Source: Trichinella spiralis (lineage: Eukaryota). From it: 64,000 nt of DNA. How positions within the stretch are numbered: the stretch's first letter is position 1; each line of letters opens with the position of its first letter. The notes under the pieces were generated by a model, which saw only the letters and a list, made by a program, of their open reading frames with translations, was not told where the DNA came from and ran no database searches. A program made the position numbers and the translations under genes. This document shows positions 60,601-64,000 of the stretch, one piece after another. The stretch is from the NCBI RefSeq assembly GCF_000181795.1, contig NW_003526945.1:62001-126000 (forward strand). Direction: 5' to 3'.

Positions 60601-61941
60601 AATGTAAACTGCATATAAATTAATAAAAATCATTGTCAGCTTACAGAAATGCCATGTCAACTTTTTTATTATTAACCAGTTTATTTTGAAACTCTTCTTC
60701 AACTTTTTCCAAAGCTTCAACAAGATTACTGTTTCCAATATTCATCGTTGCATTCATATCAGCACTAAAAATTGAAATAACAATGCTGGCTTTTTTGCAA
60801 TAAAGCAAACATTTAAAAAGGAAAATACCATCGAAGACGATAATAAATTACATCGAGATGATCATTCTTCGGAGCCAACGCAGCTAATCGGTCAAAAATC
60901 AATTCTTGATCAGGACAAACAATCAACGCTCTTCGATAATAATTAATAGCTTCTCGATATTCAGATTTCTTTGTTATTTTGCATAAACATTCAACTGCAA
61001 ATTAAATAACAATAAAAACAAAAACATTACTGTAAATATTTAAATAAATAAAATAAAATTTACCCAAGTCTCCCAAACGAAGAAAACAATAAAATAACAT
61101 CGACTGGTAAGAATTGTTCTGCTTTTCATCGCTAATTTTCCAACTGATCGGAAAAGCAGTCAAACCAATCTGACTTGTCATATTGAAATTGTTGCACGCG
61201 GATAACAATTTCACTGATAAAATACAATAATAACTATAACAAACACTGATCAAGTTTTCCATCACTTCGGCCATTTCACTGCATTTCTATCAACATTATT
61301 AATAATAAATAATAGTGATAATTACTTAAACAAACCCTTTTCACTCACATTATCATGTTTCAATATAAATTCAACAGGATTCAAAAAGCAGTGCTTCCAA
61401 ACATTTTCTTCAACGGAAGTTTGTAATGGATTGGCAATTATTAATTCTTTACCACTGCGCAACATTCTACAACAGTGCAAAAAACAAGACAAATTCACAG
61501 ATTAATCAATAATTGTAATCTTTTTGATGCGCATTTGTCTATTACTTGAAAAATGCTTCCATAAAGGTTGGTGATGTTATGGTTGATGTTTTTATTGAAA
61601 TCTGAAGTCTTTTCATAGCTTTTGTATACACACTAGAATTCAAAAAAAATATCAGAAATAATACAAAAAACAATTAATTCATTTTTAAACTATCTGACAT
61701 TTATTTTCTATTTTTACAATTGATTATAAGTAAACAACCATGCAATTAAAGCATTGTAAATTAACATTTTTGCATTATTATGTCAATAAAAATTGCTTTG
61801 TCAATACCGAAGAGCATCGTCTTTTGATAAATCTTTGCTCCCACATTTCTTGGCACGGACATCTTCATCAACAGCGTCTGCATTTCTTAAAACTATCTGC
61901 CCAGTCTGTTCAGTGTTCAGTTCAGCATGATTTTCTTCCAT
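57648..61941 (-). CDS. SMG5: NMD factor SMG5-like (Est1/14-3-3-like domain plus C-terminal PIN), about 18 exons
   Basis: Motifs VEENVWKHCF, LRLGDL, AINYYRRALIVCPDQELIFDRLAAL, PLPEDL and a PIN segment VVVDASVL...VIIPFNVFDELDKMK. Confidence 0.82.
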
Positions 61942-62857
61942 TATCACACCTAAGTTGGCTGTTGAACACAGTGTTATACACATACAATTATATATGTATG
62001 ATTAATAAAGAATGCCTAAATGATAATGCCAAAATCCCATAACAGACAAATTTTTACAAGCGTTATTTGATTGGCGAATGAATCTTTTGTTAAAATTACA
62101 CAAAAATCATTTAAAACAACAAATATTCAACAAAAACTTCTTTTTTTTCATTTACATGTAACATGCAAGAATCATCATCTGATTTAATGTATTCAAATGT
62201 AAAAAGGATCACTAATTCAAAAACAGGTAAAAATTTAACTGTAAAAGCATTCATTTATATTTTTCGTAAACGGTTGAAATAATAGTAGAAAAAAACTAGA
62301 AAAAAAAGACTGAAAGTACATTGAGGAGTAATAAAAACTGACTATGAAAAAAAACAAACCATATAAAAAAGCACTAAAAGAAATATCATTTACCAAGTCT
62401 TCAAATACATAATAAAAAACTTACTAATGAATAAAAGTGTATCGTCTTCGTTTGTAAAATTTGAAATCTGTTGCAGTAGTTAGAGCAAAAAATATATGCA
62501 AAAAATGATTAGCTGAATATTTAAACAGTTTCAGAAACTATAAACTGCACTTTCAGGGTTGAACAATAAAACTGCCTACTTACAATCAAATACAACAGTC
62601 AAATTTGGTCAATCTATCAATTTCAGATTTTCAGGTTCAATTTTAAGTTTTCCAACGCAATATTTTTTTTAATACATTGTTTATATCATAATAAAATAAA
62701 AGTTATTATTAAAATTAAATAGTAATTTTATTTCTAACATTTTTAATTTAAAATGTTTTATATGATGAAAATGTGCAAACAGAAAACGAGTTCAGATGAT
62801 TCAATTTGACATAATGTAACTGCAATGTAAAATAAAAAAAAATTCTAAAATACAAAT

Positions 62858-62888
62858 ATAATTAATTAATTAATTAATTAATTAATTA
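62858..62888. repeat. (TTAA)n self-complementary tandem repeat
   Basis: Seen directly. Shorter copies occur at ~7386-7400 and ~7861-7872. Confidence 0.85.
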
Positions 62889-64000
62889 AATTTTTGACTA
62901 TTTCATGGTAACTGTAACAAACTGTACGGTTACTGTAATGAAAGCAGCATATAACCTTTTAATTGAATTGATCGTATGGTTAGCATTAACTCTTTAATTC
63001 GCAGTACATGTTTATGTGAGGTTAAAAATAGAATGATTAAATCAAACAAATATATTTTCGTGTTTATTTTTAATTAATTAATCAATGCATTACGTACATG
63101 TATGTACGTATGTTTGAAATAATTTATGATGACATTGTTTATGGAAATTAAATAGAATTCAAAAATTGGTATTAGTAAAATATAATACTGAGACGGTATT
63201 ATTTTTAAAAAACGGAGAAGAAGAAAAATTAACAGACAGTATGAAGTTTAATTCGAAGGTCGTTGAACTGAATATGTTTCATCTAGCCTGAATTAATCAT
63301 CAGAACGAGCTATATTATCAGAGTGGAAGAAAATTCACTTGCCATTAGCATCTTTTTCTAACTGACACACATTCTCGTTTGACATTTAATGTATCTTGAA
63401 AAGAAAACGTGCATTAAACAGCAGCACCTGCCAGTGAAAACATTAACTTCATTTTCAAAGCAACGCAACGTCACGTCTGGAATGATGATGCACCAGTCCC
63501 GTTCATGTTCGCCATAAAATAGAACAAACTAATGGATTCATTTCTTTTACAACCAGTTAAAATGGTCTCTATTATACTGCTGTGCTTTTACAATAGCCAA
63601 CAATTTCATTTAATTTCTTCACAAACATCTTTAACTGTGTTCATTATTCATTTTTCCATCATAAAAAATTATCACCATTATTCACACAGCTAACCTGGTG
63701 TTAAAATGAAGTGCTTCATTCAGTGTTTGATTCATATCCTCAATTATATGCATTCAAACAACTCTTTAAACTATTAAAACAGTAAATCAGAACAATCTAT
63801 TTGAACATTGCTCATGCACATTACTTCCGTGTAAACTTTCTATTCAATTTTATTAAACTACAAATGACAAAAAATTGCATATGTAAAAGTTTATTTTTCT
63901 GTAATCTGAAAAAAAGGTATATAAACGATGTTTTTCAAAAATCGGTTCATCCAGTACAATATAACAGACAGAAAGGTCAAAATGCCCTTTACAAAAGAAA

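Noticed and set aside
63280..63780. Exon-like - strand segments (e.g. FVLFYGEHERDWCIIIPDVTLRCFENE) near the window end
   Set aside because: Neighbouring candidate exons contain stops in the frames tested. This may be the tail of a gene outside the window, but it cannot be supported here.

Overview
AT-rich, gene-dense eukaryotic genomic DNA with many short GT-AG introns and TTTTCAG/TTTTAG acceptors. It is most consistent with a nematode, probably clade I such as Trichinella; this is inferred from composition and protein style and was not confirmed by a search. About 22 protein-coding genes can be reconstructed by hand-splicing: the 5' part of a SOL-1-like CUB protein, a RERG/RASL-like GTPase, a degenerate DEG/ENaC-like gene, GALE, APT1/LYPLA, an MMP, TMEM9, a galaxin-like di-Cys secreted protein, DHX33-like helicase, NDUFA13, YAE1-like, TAMM41, NAA60, NDUFAB1, two tandem SLC22 transporters, an inx-12/inx-13 innexin pair, ARHGAP20-like, PPCS, FAM69/DIPK1 kinase and SMG5. 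A degenerate pogo/Tigger DNA-transposon relic is also present. No prokaryotic-type systems (CRISPR, rRNA, tRNA) were seen, and I cannot support a claim of a wholly new system. The best leads are an apparently conserved inx-12/inx-13 operon, a DEG/ENaC-like protein lacking its gating and selectivity motifs, a galaxin-like secreted protein, a frameshifted SLC22 paralog, the pogo relic next to the DHX33 5' end, and splice donors in the SMG5 3' UTR. Exon boundaries were read by eye and may be off by a few bases.
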